This document shows, piece after piece, positions 40,327 to 50,484 of a stretch of 64,000 nucleotides of DNA. The stretch's first letter is position 1; the number at the start of each line of letters is the position of its first letter. The stretch comes from Pseudomonadota bacterium (GTDB taxonomy: Bacteria > Myxococcota > JACRCW01 > JAFGSX01). The DNA is taken from contig JBDRCO010000068.1 of assembly GCA_043821645.1 (NCBI GenBank), positions 256,001 to 320,000 of the forward strand, written 5' to 3'. The translations under genes were made by a program, and so were the position numbers. The notes beneath the pieces are model-generated. The model did not search any database. It was not told the DNA's origin and saw only the letters and a program-made list of their open reading frames with translations.

Positions 40327-42690
40327 TCACTCCACCACCAGCGACCGGACCTGGATGGCCACCACCGGGCGCGCTGCGATCCAGGCTGCCCAGCTGCACA
40401 GCAGGACCAGCAGCACTGCCACGGCGAGGCTGGCGGGCAGGTGGACGCTGAGCGGAAAGCTGAGGAAACCGAGCTTGGCGAAGGCCCCGTCGAGCAGCGG
40501 TCTGCTGCCGACAGCCCACAGCAGCGCTCCGAGCACCATCCCGAGGCTGCTGAGCAGAGCGGCCTTGACGGTCAGCAAGCCCCGCAGCTGCAGCGGTGTC
40601 ATGCCGGCCGCCTTGAGCACGCCCAGGGTCCGACGCTGCTCGCGTACATCCATGAGTGTCGCCGAGGCGATGAACACCAGGGCCACCAGCAAGAAGATCA
40701 ACACCGCGCTGCTGAAGGCCGCCGTCATCGAGCCCACGATGCTGCGAACGACGGAGGCCACGAAGCGATCGCCCGGCTCGGCGTCCACGGTCTCGCCGAG
40801 CTGTTTCTCGATGGTCGCGATCAGCTGCTGCCGATCATTGCCGGCGGCGAGCCCCAGCGCATAGCTGCGCGGCTGGTAGATGGGATCGACCTGGCGCAGC
40901 GTGTCGGCGTGCAGACGAAAGCCCTGCCCCAGGTTCTGCACCGACTGGTACAGACCGGTCACCCGCAGCTGCAGCTGCCGCCCCTGCAGCATCAGCGCAT
41001 AGGTCTGCCCCACCTCGACGCCGTCGTCGCGCGCCGTGCCCAGCGCCAGGCTGATCTCGCCAGGAGCCTGGGGGTGGCGACCCCGGGCGTTGAGAAACCC
41101 GGCCGCGGCGAAGTCGCCGTCGACCGCGGTGCCGATGAGCGTGCGCGAGGATCTCCCGGCGCGCGCCGGCGCGGCCCCTTCGACCAGGTAGTCGACCGCC
41201 ACCACCGAGCGCACCCCCGGCTGGTCCGCCAGGCGATGCACCAGCTCGCCGTGCTCGAGCTGAAGACGCCTGGCCTGGCGATGCACCCGCACCTCGGCGC
41301 CGTCAAAGCCCCATCGGGGCAGCTCGGCGCCCATGCGGGAGAAGGAGCTGATCAGGTTGACCGAGAACAGCACCATGAAGGCCGTCGCCGCGACGGTGAG
41401 CGTGGCCAGCAGTGCCCGGCGCGGCCGCGCCTGAAGGTCGCGCAGGGCCAGCAACAGCGCGGTCGGCGCGCCGGCCCAGGAGACCTGTTGCCGCGACTGC
41501 CGAGCGCTGGGTGGCGGACCGCCATGGCGGATAGCATCGATGCTGCGCACCTGTCCCGCGCGGCGGCCGAGGAGCGCGGTCACCAGCACGATCACCCCCA
41601 GCAGTCCGGCGAAGGTCGCCAGCCCGATGAGCAGCCGGGGCGCCTCGACCTGGGTGACCGCGAGAGCGCGCAGCAGGAACCCCAGGGTGACCTCGCTGAG
41701 CAGCAAGCCGCCGACGATGCCAGGAGGGAGCGCCAGCAGCGCCAGCACCGCGAACACCGCCAGATAGATCCCCGTCAGCTGACGCGGCGTGAAGCCCTGC
41801 GCCTTGAGCACACCGATCTGCCGGTAGTCCGCGAGCACCGCGCTGGTCAGGGTGGTGGAGATCAAGAACAGCGCCACGCCCAGGGCGATCAGCGCGAACA
41901 CCATCAGCAGGACAGCGACGAAGCTGGCCACCGCGGTGTAGGAGGCCAGCACGGTCTCGTGGCGAAGCGCCCTGCCGTTGAACCCGCCACCGGTCCAGGC
42001 GGCGAAGGCATCCCACAGCTTCGCCATCTGCGCCGGGTCATTCAGCCGGACGCCGAGCATGCACACGCCAAGCGAGCTGGCAGGAAACAGCAGCGACAGC
42101 GCGCCGGGGGCGGTCCAGACCCGGGTCGGATTCATGAACGCACTGCTGAACTGTGGGTCGACCACCACCGCGGCCACCCGCAGCGACACGAGTCCGTTGG
42201 GCACCGGCATCGAGATGAGATCGCCGACCTCGAGCCCGCTGGCGTGAGCCAGGGCCGTGGGAATCCAGATCTCACCCGGACCCGGTGACGTGCGCTCAGC
42301 GCCGTCGACAAAGGCGAGCTGGTCCTGGGCCATCGGCGCAGCGGGCCGCTCGACCAGATAGAAGGTGCTGCTGAGCTCGACGCCCTGGTGCAGCGAGGCC
42401 TCGGTGGTCTCGACCATGGCCAGCACCGGGGTGACCCGGTCCACCTCGGGCTTCTGCCGCCACCAGTCGGCGAGCTCCGCGGCGTCGTAGAGCAAGCTGT
42501 CGAAGGTGAGCACCAGGTGAGAGGCCCGCTGACGCTCGAACATCCGCTCGAAGGGCTTGTTCAGGCTGACCAGCAACGTGACCGCAGACGACAGCATCAG
42601 CGCGCTGGCGGCCAGCATGACCGCGACCAGGACACTCTGGCCGATGCGCCGACGCAGCAAAGAGCCGACGAGAATGATCAGGCCCGACAT
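40327..42690 (-). CDS. FtsX/MacB-type ABC permease (duplicated FtsX domains)
   Basis: IGVLKAQGFTPRQL and LGVLKAAGMTPLQL motifs; about 8 TM with two periplasmic domains. Confidence 0.9.
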   Translation of the reverse strand: MSGLIILVGSLLRRRIGQSVLVAVMLAASALMLSSAVTLLVSLNKPFERMFERQRASHLVLTFDSLLYDAAELADWWRQKPEVDRVTPVLAMVETTEASLHQGVELSSTFYLVERPAAPMAQDQLAFVDGAERTSPGPGEIWIPTALAHASGLEVGDLISMPVPNGLVSLRVAAVVVDPQFSSAFMNPTRVWTAPGALSLLFPASSLGVCMLGVRLNDPAQMAKLWDAFAAWTGGGFNGRALRHETVLASYTAVASFVAVLLMVFALIALGVALFLISTTLTSAVLADYRQIGVLKAQGFTPRQLTGIYLAVFAVLALLALPPGIVGGLLLSEVTLGFLLRALAVTQVEAPRLLIGLATFAGLLGVIVLVTALLGRRAGQVRSIDAIRHGGPPPSARQSRQQVSWAGAPTALLLALRDLQARPRRALLATLTVAATAFMVLFSVNLISSFSRMGAELPRWGFDGAEVRVHRQARRLQLEHGELVHRLADQPGVRSVVAVDYLVEGAAPARAGRSSRTLIGTAVDGDFAAAGFLNARGRHPQAPGEISLALGTARDDGVEVGQTYALMLQGRQLQLRVTGLYQSVQNLGQGFRLHADTLRQVDPIYQPRSYALGLAAGNDRQQLIATIEKQLGETVDAEPGDRFVASVVRSIVGSMTAAFSSAVLIFLLVALVFIASATLMDVREQRRTLGVLKAAGMTPLQLRGLLTVKAALLSSLGMVLGALLWAVGSRPLLDGAFAKLGFLSFPLSVHLPASLAVAVLLVLLCSWAAWIAARPVVAIQVRSLVVE

Positions 42691-42691
42691 C

Positions 42692-43537
42692 TCACCACCC
42701 CCGCTGTTTGAGCCAGCCGAAGAGCTCACTTGCCTGCCCGTCCACCTGGCCACCGGCCTCGCGGTCGAGCCGCCGTTCGCCGACCACCCGACCGTCGCGC
42801 ATCAGCAGAAGGCGGTCCCCACGACAGGCCGCTGCGACATCGTGCGTCGCCATGACCACGGTCTGCCCGGCGGCGTGGAGCTCGCCGAGCAGGTCGAGCA
42901 CCTGCAGCCCCGCCCTGGAGTTGAGCGAACCCGTGGGCTCGTCAGCGAACAGGACCTCGGGACAGTTGATGAGCGACCGGGCGATGGCCGCGCGCTGCTG
43001 CTCTCCACCCGAGATCTCCGCAGGACGGCGGTCGGCGAGCTCACCGATCCCCACCCGCTCGAGCAGGGCCCGCGCCCGCGCTTGCAGCTGCCGACGATCG
43101 CGCTCGAGCAAGGCGCCCACCACCACCAGGTTCTCGAGCAGGGTCAGGTCGGGCACCAGATGCACCGCCTGAAACACGAAGCCCATGCTCCGCCGGCGCA
43201 GCAGCGCCAGGCCGGTCTCGTCGAGCAGGTCGACCCGCTGCGCGCCGAACCAGACCTCACCGCTGCTCACCTGCTCGAGGCCCGACAGCAGGTACAGCAG
43301 CGTCGACTTGCCAGACCCCGAGCAGCCCATCAGGACGGTGAAGCTGCCGGCCTCGATCTCGAGCTCGATGCCGTCGACCGCGCGGACCGGGGCACTGCCG
43401 GCGTGGTAGGTCTTGCAGAGCTTGCGCGCCGTCATCAAGGTCGGGGGCCCGGCCCGATCGAGCTGAGCAGCTGGCCCCCCTGGTTGGATTGAAACCGACT
43501 GGTCGGTCTTGTTATTGGCCAGATGGGTGTCGTACAT
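42692..43537 (-). CDS. LolD/MacB-type ABC ATP-binding protein
   Basis: GCSGSGKST, ISGGEQQR, ADEPTG, THD. Alternative start at 43435. Confidence 0.93.
   Translation of the reverse strand: MYDTHLANNKTDQSVSIQPGGPAAQLDRAGPPTLMTARKLCKTYHAGSAPVRAVDGIELEIEAGSFTVLMGCSGSGKSTLLYLLSGLEQVSSGEVWFGAQRVDLLDETGLALLRRRSMGFVFQAVHLVPDLTLLENLVVVGALLERDRRQLQARARALLERVGIGELADRRPAEISGGEQQRAAIARSLINCPEVLFADEPTGSLNSRAGLQVLDLLGELHAAGQTVVMATHDVAAACRGDRLLLMRDGRVVGERRLDREAGGQVDGQASELFGWLKQRGW
43492..43510. promoter_or_regulatory. putative TetR operator 1
   Basis: AAACCGACTGGTCGGTCTT contains the palindrome ACCGAC-TG-GTCGGT; 16/19 identical to the site at 44197. Confidence 0.7.
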
Positions 43538-43564
43538 GCCGTCCTCTTCTCGAGGTCAGAAGCC

Positions 43565-44179
43565 TCAGCCGCGGTTTCTAGGGGTCAGATCGACGATGGC
43601 GCGCAGGGTCTGGATGTATTTCTTGGCATCGAGTTCCGGGCGCATGGCCAGCAGGTTCTTGAACCCCTCGTGCATGGAGCCCAGACAGGCCATCAGGTAT
43701 TCGGGGTCCAGGCTCGGCTCGATCCGGCCCTGGCGTTGCAGGTCGGTGATCAGAGCGACGAAGTGCGCCACCACCGCGACGGACTGGGCCTGACCCATCT
43801 CGCGCAGCGCCGGGTCGTGCAGCATCTCGGCCTTGAAGGCGATGTCGAGGTGGAGCGCGTTGCGAGCCCGATCGTCGAGTGGATCGAACATCAGAAAGTA
43901 GACCTCGAAGATGTCCAGCAGGTCGCCGCTCTCGCCGGACTGCTCCAGGCGCTGCTGGAGCATGTCCTTGGTCTGCTGCTCCCAGTTGTTGAGCACGCCC
44001 TGGATGATCTCCTGCTTGCTGTCGAAGTAGCCGTAGACCGCGCCCCGGCTGAGTCCGGACTCCTCGCAGATGTCGTCCATGGTGGCCGGGTGAATGCCCT
44101 TGCGGGCAAAGCAGGTCACCGCAGCCTCCAGGATCTGCAGCCGCCGCTCCTGCTTGTGCTCTTCGCTCACCTTCGGCAC
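43565..44179 (-). CDS. TetR/AcrR-family regulator
   Basis: ILEAAVTCFARKGIHPATMDDICEESGLSRGAVYGYFDSKQEI HTH. Confidence 0.93.
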   Translation of the reverse strand: MPKVSEEHKQERRLQILEAAVTCFARKGIHPATMDDICEESGLSRGAVYGYFDSKQEIIQGVLNNWEQQTKDMLQQRLEQSGESGDLLDIFEVYFLMFDPLDDRARNALHLDIAFKAEMLHDPALREMGQAQSVAVVAHFVALITDLQRQGRIEPSLDPEYLMACLGSMHEGFKNLLAMRPELDAKKYIQTLRAIVDLTPRNRG

Positions 44180-44196
44180 TGTGCCCTCACTTATAT

Positions 44197-44215
44197 AAAC
44201 CGACTATACGGTCTT
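44197..44215. promoter_or_regulatory. putative TetR operator 2 in the AT-rich tetR promoter region
   Basis: AAACCGACTATACGGTCTT, 17 nt upstream of the tetR GTG. Confidence 0.72.
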
Positions 44216-44760
44216 TTTATACTGTTCCCAGCAGCCGTGCAATGATTTTTGCTCTCCTTAAAATATCCATAATAATTTAAGAGTGTTGCCGGATGCATCT
44301 GCGCCCTCTGCCGGTCGAGGAGGCAAAGCTCACTCGCTCGAAGATCATCTTCGGAGCGGCCAGGAAAACCCGAGCTGTTCAAGAACGGTGCCGCCCCCAG
44401 GGCAACCGCGATCGGCTAGGGCTGGTAGGTCTCCCAGCCCTGCATGCTACCGGCGGTCCAGTCCGGGTAGCAGTAGTCCGCTTTCTCGTCCGAGGGGTTC
44501 ATCTCGGCAGGAACGCTGAAGCAGACCAGCTCACCGTTGCAGCCGCCGTCGTCCTTGCAGGACGACGCGGTCGAGCTGTTCATCGACGCCAACCGCGATC
44601 GGCTGGCGAGCTACGGCGACGACCGCGGCTGGACAGCGACCGACCTGCTCAATGCATTGCAGGAACTTCTCTCGTCGGCAGGGCACGTCCAGGCATCGGA
44701 GACGACGCGGTGATTCGTGGGGATCCGCCAGGTTCTGTCCCCGTCCGCCCCTCCCCCGCC

Positions 44761-47700
44761 TCAGGGCAGCCGATAGCGCAGCGAGACCTCGGCGTAGTCG
44801 AGCGCGACCTCGCTGTCGCGCGTGCCTGCCGGCGCGGCCGGGACCAGCGCCAGGATCAGCGTCGAGCGGGCGGCCAGGCGTCCGAGCAGCGCGCTGTCTG
44901 CCGTCGACCACGCGATTAGCGAGGGTGCGGACACGCCGTCCCCGTTGGCGCCGACCGGGAGCCACTCGCCCTGGTCCCAGAACAGCAGCTCGCTCCCCGT
45001 GGCGGGGATCCCACCCGGCGCGCCGGAGCCTCCGCCGTACACCGTGGCACTCATCGTGCCCAGGTTGGCGCCGTCCACCACGCCCAGGGGCACCCGCAGG
45101 AGCAACGCAGGACGCGTCTCGGCGCCACCGTCCCAGTCCCACGCATCCGCCTGCGCGACCCCGCCGCTGCTGCCGCCGATGAACACGCCCCGCCCCCGTT
45201 GCGTGTCGAAGGCCATGGCGTGGTTGAGGCGCGCCATGGGTCTCGCGTAGACCGGTATGCGCTCGCTCCAGGTGCCCGCAGTGCCGTCCCACTCCCAGGT
45301 GTCCTGCCATGGGCTGCCGAAACTGCCGACCCCGTAGGCGAGCAAGAGGCGCTGGCGCAGCGGGTCGTAGACCAAGCTTGCGCCGCTGCGACCCGGTGGC
45401 GAGCTGGGTGGGCTGAGCTGGGTCCAGGTGCCGTTGCCGCTGTTCCATTCCCAGGTCTGCGGCACCCAGATGGACGCCGTGTCCGGTCCACCCCCGAACA
45501 GCAACACCCGGTCCCGGGCCGGGTCGTAGGCCATGACATGTCCCAGACGCGCTGTCGGGATCGAGGGCGACAGGGGCGGACGCTCGGTCCACTGACCGGC
45601 GGCGCCGTCCCACTCCCAGGTGTCCTGCAGCGTACCGGTGCCAGCCGAGCCTCCGAAGACCACGACGCGCGGGGGCGAGGGCTGGTAGGCCGCTGCGTGC
45701 CGGAAGCGCACTGCGGGAATGGGGCCGGACGAAGGTGTGCGCTCTGTCCAGGTTCCCGTGACCGTGTCCCATTCCCAGCAATCCTGCAGCCTGGTGGAGC
45801 CCGTGCTGCCACCAAAGAGCAGGGGTCGTGCCCGCGAGGCGTCCCAGACCAGCGAGGCGTACGAGCGCGCTGGCGGGTTGGGCCCCGAGGACGGTGTGCG
45901 GTCACGCCAGCGCCCCGAGGTGCTGTCCAGCTCCCAGGTGTCCTGCAGATTCGAGCCATCGGAGCCGCCGAACAGCACTAGCACCCCGTGGACAGGGTCG
46001 TAGGTCACCGCATGCCCCTGGCGGGCGGGTGGCGGTGTGGTGGGGGTGAGCTCGAGCCAGGGGGAGCTGCCGCCCGCGTGCACCCAGGTCTCGGCGTTCC
46101 AGGAGCCCGGGCTCCGTCCCCCGCCGAAGGTCAGCACGTGCTCGCGCACCGGGTCGTAGGTCATGCCCGGCCCGTAGCGCGTGCCGGGGCTCTGGGCCGG
46201 CGTCAGGTCGGTCCAGACGCCGCTGTCCGGGTCGAATTCCCTGAGGTCCTGCAGCTGGCCGCTGAACATCGCGGTCGTGCCTGCGAACACGACCAGCCGG
46301 TCGCGCGCGGCGTCGTAGACCTGGCCATGGCCGTAGCGAGCGGACGGCAGGTCGCCCGTCGCCGAGATCGGGGTCCAGCTCCGCGTGACAGGCGACCACG
46401 CCCACAGGTCATCTCTGGGCAGCGCGCCGGACAGTCCACCGAACAGCAGCAGGGTCTGGCGCGCCCTGTCCCAGGTCAGGCCGGCCCACACGCGCGCCGC
46501 GGGTCCGACTCCTGGCGGTGGTGTGAGGTCGGTCCAGGTGCCGGTGGCGCCATCCCACTCCCACCAGGTGTCCGCCACCGGAGAGCCCGAGTTGTAGCCC
46601 GAGCCACCGAACATCATCACCGTGCCCGTGGCAGGGACCCAGGCCATGGCTGCACCCTGGCGCAGCGAGGGGCCGGGCACGGCCGGGGTGCGGTCCTGCC
46701 ACAGGCCAGTGGCGCCGTCCCATTCCCAGGTATCCTGGCGGCACGCCATGCCAGCGCAGCCACCAAACAGCACCACCCGGCCCCGGGACGCGTCGTAGGC
46801 CATGGCAGGCGCCGAGCGCGCCGACGGTGCCAGGCTGGTCGCGGAGCGCTGACTCCAGGCAGCGGTGGCAGAGTCGAACTCCCAGACGTCTTGCAGGACG
46901 CCGGCCGAGCCCGAACCACCGAAAAGCACCGCCTTGCCGCGGGCGCTGTCGTAGACCAGGGGGGCCCACATGCGAGCGCTGGGACTCATCGTGCCGGGGC
47001 GCTGCGACCAGCCCGCCATGGCCTGGCCAGGCAGGGTCTCGCCGTCAACTGAGGTCACGTCGGGCAGCTGGGCTTGTTCCGGCTCGGTCTCGGCGCCCTG
47101 TTCCTGGGTCAGGGTGGGGGTGAAGTGAGCGCTCTGGGTGAGGACGAGCGGGTTCTCCGCTGTACTCCGCGCAACCTTGAAACCCAGGGTGGCGGTCCAG
47201 GTGGCGTCGCGGACCCGCACCAGCGGGCTGCGGTTGCAGGCCGCGTCGTAGCTCGCCAGGTAGACCTCGGAGCGGTCCGCGCGGACCAGCTCGATGTGCG
47301 CGAAGGTGCTGCTTGCTGCCACGGCGCGACCTATCTCGGCGGCCGTCAGCGGGTCGTCCCCGTCGTAGACCAGGACCCAGCGGGTGTCGGCGTCGACGGC
47401 ACCGCTGGCGGCGCGGATGCCGAAGGCCCTGGGCTCGGCCATGCCGTCGCGATCCGCGTCAACGCCCCAGGGCACACGCTCGTAGACCACCGCGTCCGGC
47501 GTCGATACCGCGGGTGCCGCGGGGGGGCTGGTGTCGACCACCACGCCGGGCGCGTTCAGGGCAAGGCTGAGGTCCTGCGTGTTGCCGGCGATGTCGCCGA
47601 GTGTGACCACGACCTCGGCGATTCCCTCGGGCAGGACGCCCGGCGTCAGTGTGACCTGGTAGGTGTACGAGGCTCCCGCGCTCTGGCTCAGGTCCATGGC

Positions 47701-50484
47701 CAGCTGCGCGACGCCACTGGCCAGGCGAACGTCCTCGGGAAGGCCGCCGGCGAGCTCCTCGCTGACCACGAAGGTGACCGCGATCTCGGCGTCAGGGCCC
47801 GCGGCCACGACCCCCCGCGGGTCGAGTGGGCAGCTCTGGCCCCGGATCGCAACAGAGGCCTGGCCCATCGCTGTCGGCGGCGTGAAGTCGAGCTGCAGGC
47901 TGGTGCTGGCCCGGCCCTCGTTGCCGGCCGCGTCCGCCGCCCACACGCTGACGATGCCCAGGCCCTCGGGCTCGAGGCCCGTCACTGACAAGTGGCAGGT
48001 GTAGCTCGGCGAGCCAGGCTGGTAACCGTCACAGTCGAGCGCTGCGTCCCCCAGCCTGACGTCGAGCGTGCCATTGTCCACGCTCTCGCTCACGTCGAAG
48101 CGCACCTCGATCACGTTGTGACCGCTCTGCGCACTGTAGACGGCAGCATCGGTCGCCAGGTTGCTGATCTGGGGCACCTGGGCGTCGAGGTCGAAGCTGC
48201 CAAGGTTCACGCTCCCGGAGCGATTGCCCACCGGGTCGACCAGCTCGGTGCTCAGCGCGTAGGTGCCGTCGATGTCGCTGGCGGTCACGACGTGCTCGAA
48301 GCTGTACTGGCTGCCCGCCAGGTGCCTGAAGGTCGGGCTGGCCGGGCCGCCCACCGCGAGGATCGGTGTGACTTCCAGCACCTCGCTGGTGCTCAGGCTC
48401 AGCACCACCGCATCGCCCAGCTGCGCCAGAGCCGGCCGCAGCTGTGTCGACACCACCGTGGGCGCGCTGAAGTCGAGCTGCACGCCGGCGCTCACCGTGG
48501 TCTCGTTGCCAGCCCCGTCCACGCCCCGCACCGCGATGATGTTGAGCCCCTCGGGTTCGCTGCCGGTGACCGTGTAGGTGCACGTGTAGTTGGGTGCGTT
48601 GTTCTGGTAAGCGCCGCACGTAAAACTCTGTCCTGCCATGCGCACCTGCAGCGTGCTCAGGGGCCTGTCCGGCTGCCCGTCCAGGGGATCGTGACCGTCG
48701 AAGCGCAGCGTGATGGTGTCGTGGCCTGTCTGCGCGCTGTACACCACCGCGTCAGTCGTCGGCGTGCCCAACACAGGCGGCACGTTGTCCACGTCAAACA
48801 GAGCCAGGCCTGTGCTGGTATCCACGACCGTCACGTTGCCCGCGAGGTCTATCAGGGTCACCTGGTTGACCCGGTACAGCCCCGCGGACACCGAGCCTGT
48901 CACTTCCAGAGCCCACAGGTGACCGAGTCCCGACGGAGCCAGGTAGCTGAAACCCGGATCTCCACGCGGTTGCTCCCACGCCAGCTCGGGGATGGCCGCC
49001 AGCGGTTCGCTCGCCGTCACCGACAGCACCGCGGTGATACCTAGCCGCGCCGCCGGCGGCGTGAACACCACATCGACCAGCACAGGAGGTACCGCATCCA
49101 CGTCGACCGCACCCGGCTGCAACAGCGCCTCGTTACCCACGGGATCGCGAAGTCTCACCTGCACGCTCTGCACGCCCACCAGTCCGGTCCCTGCCAGCTG
49201 CAGCTGGAAGGCGTAGGGAGTCGTGGCCGTGCCCACACGCGCCATGGACCGCCCGCCCAGGGTGACGACGGGAACTGCAGCCAGTGCTTCGCTGGTTGCG
49301 AAGCTCACCGTCACCGTGTCTGCAGCCAGGGCAGCCGTGTGGCTCTGCTGGTAGCCGACGAGGGCAGGCGGCGTGCTGTCGTACTCGACCGAACCCACCA
49401 CAATGGCCGACGTCGCATTGCCTGCCAGGTCCACCAGGTCGCGCAGGGTCAGCGCGTAGTGCCCGTCCGTGCCCGAGGCCACAACGTGCTCGAAGCGCAG
49501 CCGGCTCCTGGTGCTGCTCACCTCGTCGTAGTTGTGAGCCATCGTGCCGCTCGCCGCGCTCTCGGCCTGCAACGCGCCCCAGCTCACCAGCTCCTCGCCC
49601 AGCTCCACCTCCACCAGCACCCGCTGGCCCGCGGCGGCCAGCGGGGGCACCACCCGCGTCGAGGTCACGACCGGCGGCGTGAAGTCCAGCACCAGCTTGC
49701 CCAGCTGCGGCTCGTCGAGCACATTGCCCGCCGCGTCGGCGCCGGTCGCGGCCACCAGGTACGCACCCTCGGGCTCCTGCCCCGTCGGGGAATAGCTGTA
49801 GTTGTGACCCAGGGTGCCGCTTGCCGCGAGGTGCGCGAAGCTGCGGCTCACCCCGTCGTCGCCAACAAGAGTCACGCGCGGCGGATCCGGCAAGGATTCG
49901 CTCAGCTCCAGGCTCAGATGCACCACCCCGCCAGAACGCGCGATGACCGGATCCAGGTCCACAGCCAGAATGCGCGGCCTCGTGAAGTCCAGCACCAGGC
50001 TGCCCGCGCTCAGATTGGCCACGGCATTGCCCGACATGTCCACCAGGTCCACCGTCACCAGGCGCGTGCCCTCGAGCTCGCTGCCGCTCGCGGTGTAGGT
50101 GAAGCCGTAGGTCAAGCCCTCGCGATCGGTCGTGCCCTCGTCGAGAACCCAGCTCGCCGCGCGACCGCCACCGATGTCCAGCTCCACCACCGGTTCCTGA
50201 CCCAGGGCCTCACTCACCTCAAAGCTCAGCGCGAAGCCCTGTCCCACGCTGCCGATCTCCGGCGTCAGCACCGGCACGCCCTCGAGCGCCGGCGCCACCC
50301 CGTCGCGCTGGGCGATGGGCACGCAGCGACCCAGGGTCGGGTTGCAGATCCAGTCCGGCGGACAGTCCGTGTCGGCGCCACAGGCGATCTGTGGCACATG
50401 GTCCCCGTCGACCGGGACCGCGGAATCGAAGCTGCATGCGCTGGTGAGCAGGACAGGGGCGAGGATCAGGAGGTGACGTCGCAC
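44761..50484 (-). CDS. giant surface lipoprotein: Ig-like repeats plus Kelch-like beta-propellers
   Basis: Lipobox LTSAC; repeated DxAGN...DFTPP Ig-like units; more than ten YD..R...LFGG...DTWEWDG repeats. Likely GTG start at 50484 with GGAG SD. Confidence 0.88.
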   Translation of the reverse strand: MRRHLLILAPVLLTSACSFDSAVPVDGDHVPQIACGADTDCPPDWICNPTLGRCVPIAQRDGVAPALEGVPVLTPEIGSVGQGFALSFEVSEALGQEPVVELDIGGGRAASWVLDEGTTDREGLTYGFTYTASGSELEGTRLVTVDLVDMSGNAVANLSAGSLVLDFTRPRILAVDLDPVIARSGGVVHLSLELSESLPDPPRVTLVGDDGVSRSFAHLAASGTLGHNYSYSPTGQEPEGAYLVAATGADAAGNVLDEPQLGKLVLDFTPPVVTSTRVVPPLAAAGQRVLVEVELGEELVSWGALQAESAASGTMAHNYDEVSSTRSRLRFEHVVASGTDGHYALTLRDLVDLAGNATSAIVVGSVEYDSTPPALVGYQQSHTAALAADTVTVSFATSEALAAVPVVTLGGRSMARVGTATTPYAFQLQLAGTGLVGVQSVQVRLRDPVGNEALLQPGAVDVDAVPPVLVDVVFTPPAARLGITAVLSVTASEPLAAIPELAWEQPRGDPGFSYLAPSGLGHLWALEVTGSVSAGLYRVNQVTLIDLAGNVTVVDTSTGLALFDVDNVPPVLGTPTTDAVVYSAQTGHDTITLRFDGHDPLDGQPDRPLSTLQVRMAGQSFTCGAYQNNAPNYTCTYTVTGSEPEGLNIIAVRGVDGAGNETTVSAGVQLDFSAPTVVSTQLRPALAQLGDAVVLSLSTSEVLEVTPILAVGGPASPTFRHLAGSQYSFEHVVTASDIDGTYALSTELVDPVGNRSGSVNLGSFDLDAQVPQISNLATDAAVYSAQSGHNVIEVRFDVSESVDNGTLDVRLGDAALDCDGYQPGSPSYTCHLSVTGLEPEGLGIVSVWAADAAGNEGRASTSLQLDFTPPTAMGQASVAIRGQSCPLDPRGVVAAGPDAEIAVTFVVSEELAGGLPEDVRLASGVAQLAMDLSQSAGASYTYQVTLTPGVLPEGIAEVVVTLGDIAGNTQDLSLALNAPGVVVDTSPPAAPAVSTPDAVVYERVPWGVDADRDGMAEPRAFGIRAASGAVDADTRWVLVYDGDDPLTAAEIGRAVAASSTFAHIELVRADRSEVYLASYDAACNRSPLVRVRDATWTATLGFKVARSTAENPLVLTQSAHFTPTLTQEQGAETEPEQAQLPDVTSVDGETLPGQAMAGWSQRPGTMSPSARMWAPLVYDSARGKAVLFGGSGSAGVLQDVWEFDSATAAWSQRSATSLAPSARSAPAMAYDASRGRVVLFGGCAGMACRQDTWEWDGATGLWQDRTPAVPGPSLRQGAAMAWVPATGTVMMFGGSGYNSGSPVADTWWEWDGATGTWTDLTPPPGVGPAARVWAGLTWDRARQTLLLFGGLSGALPRDDLWAWSPVTRSWTPISATGDLPSARYGHGQVYDAARDRLVVFAGTTAMFSGQLQDLREFDPDSGVWTDLTPAQSPGTRYGPGMTYDPVREHVLTFGGGRSPGSWNAETWVHAGGSSPWLELTPTTPPPARQGHAVTYDPVHGVLVLFGGSDGSNLQDTWELDSTSGRWRDRTPSSGPNPPARSYASLVWDASRARPLLFGGSTGSTRLQDCWEWDTVTGTWTERTPSSGPIPAVRFRHAAAYQPSPPRVVVFGGSAGTGTLQDTWEWDGAAGQWTERPPLSPSIPTARLGHVMAYDPARDRVLLFGGGPDTASIWVPQTWEWNSGNGTWTQLSPPSSPPGRSGASLVYDPLRQRLLLAYGVGSFGSPWQDTWEWDGTAGTWSERIPVYARPMARLNHAMAFDTQRGRGVFIGGSSGGVAQADAWDWDGGAETRPALLLRVPLGVVDGANLGTMSATVYGGGSGAPGGIPATGSELLFWDQGEWLPVGANGDGVSAPSLIAWSTADSALLGRLAARSTLILALVPAAPAGTRDSEVALDYAEVSLRYRLP

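Noticed and set aside
45100-47000. Recurring ccactcccaggtgtcctg DNA repeats (also 63100-63900) that might suggest a CRISPR array or DGR
   Set aside because: They encode QDTWEWDG Kelch blades in frame with degenerate third positions. No cas or reverse transcriptase gene is present.
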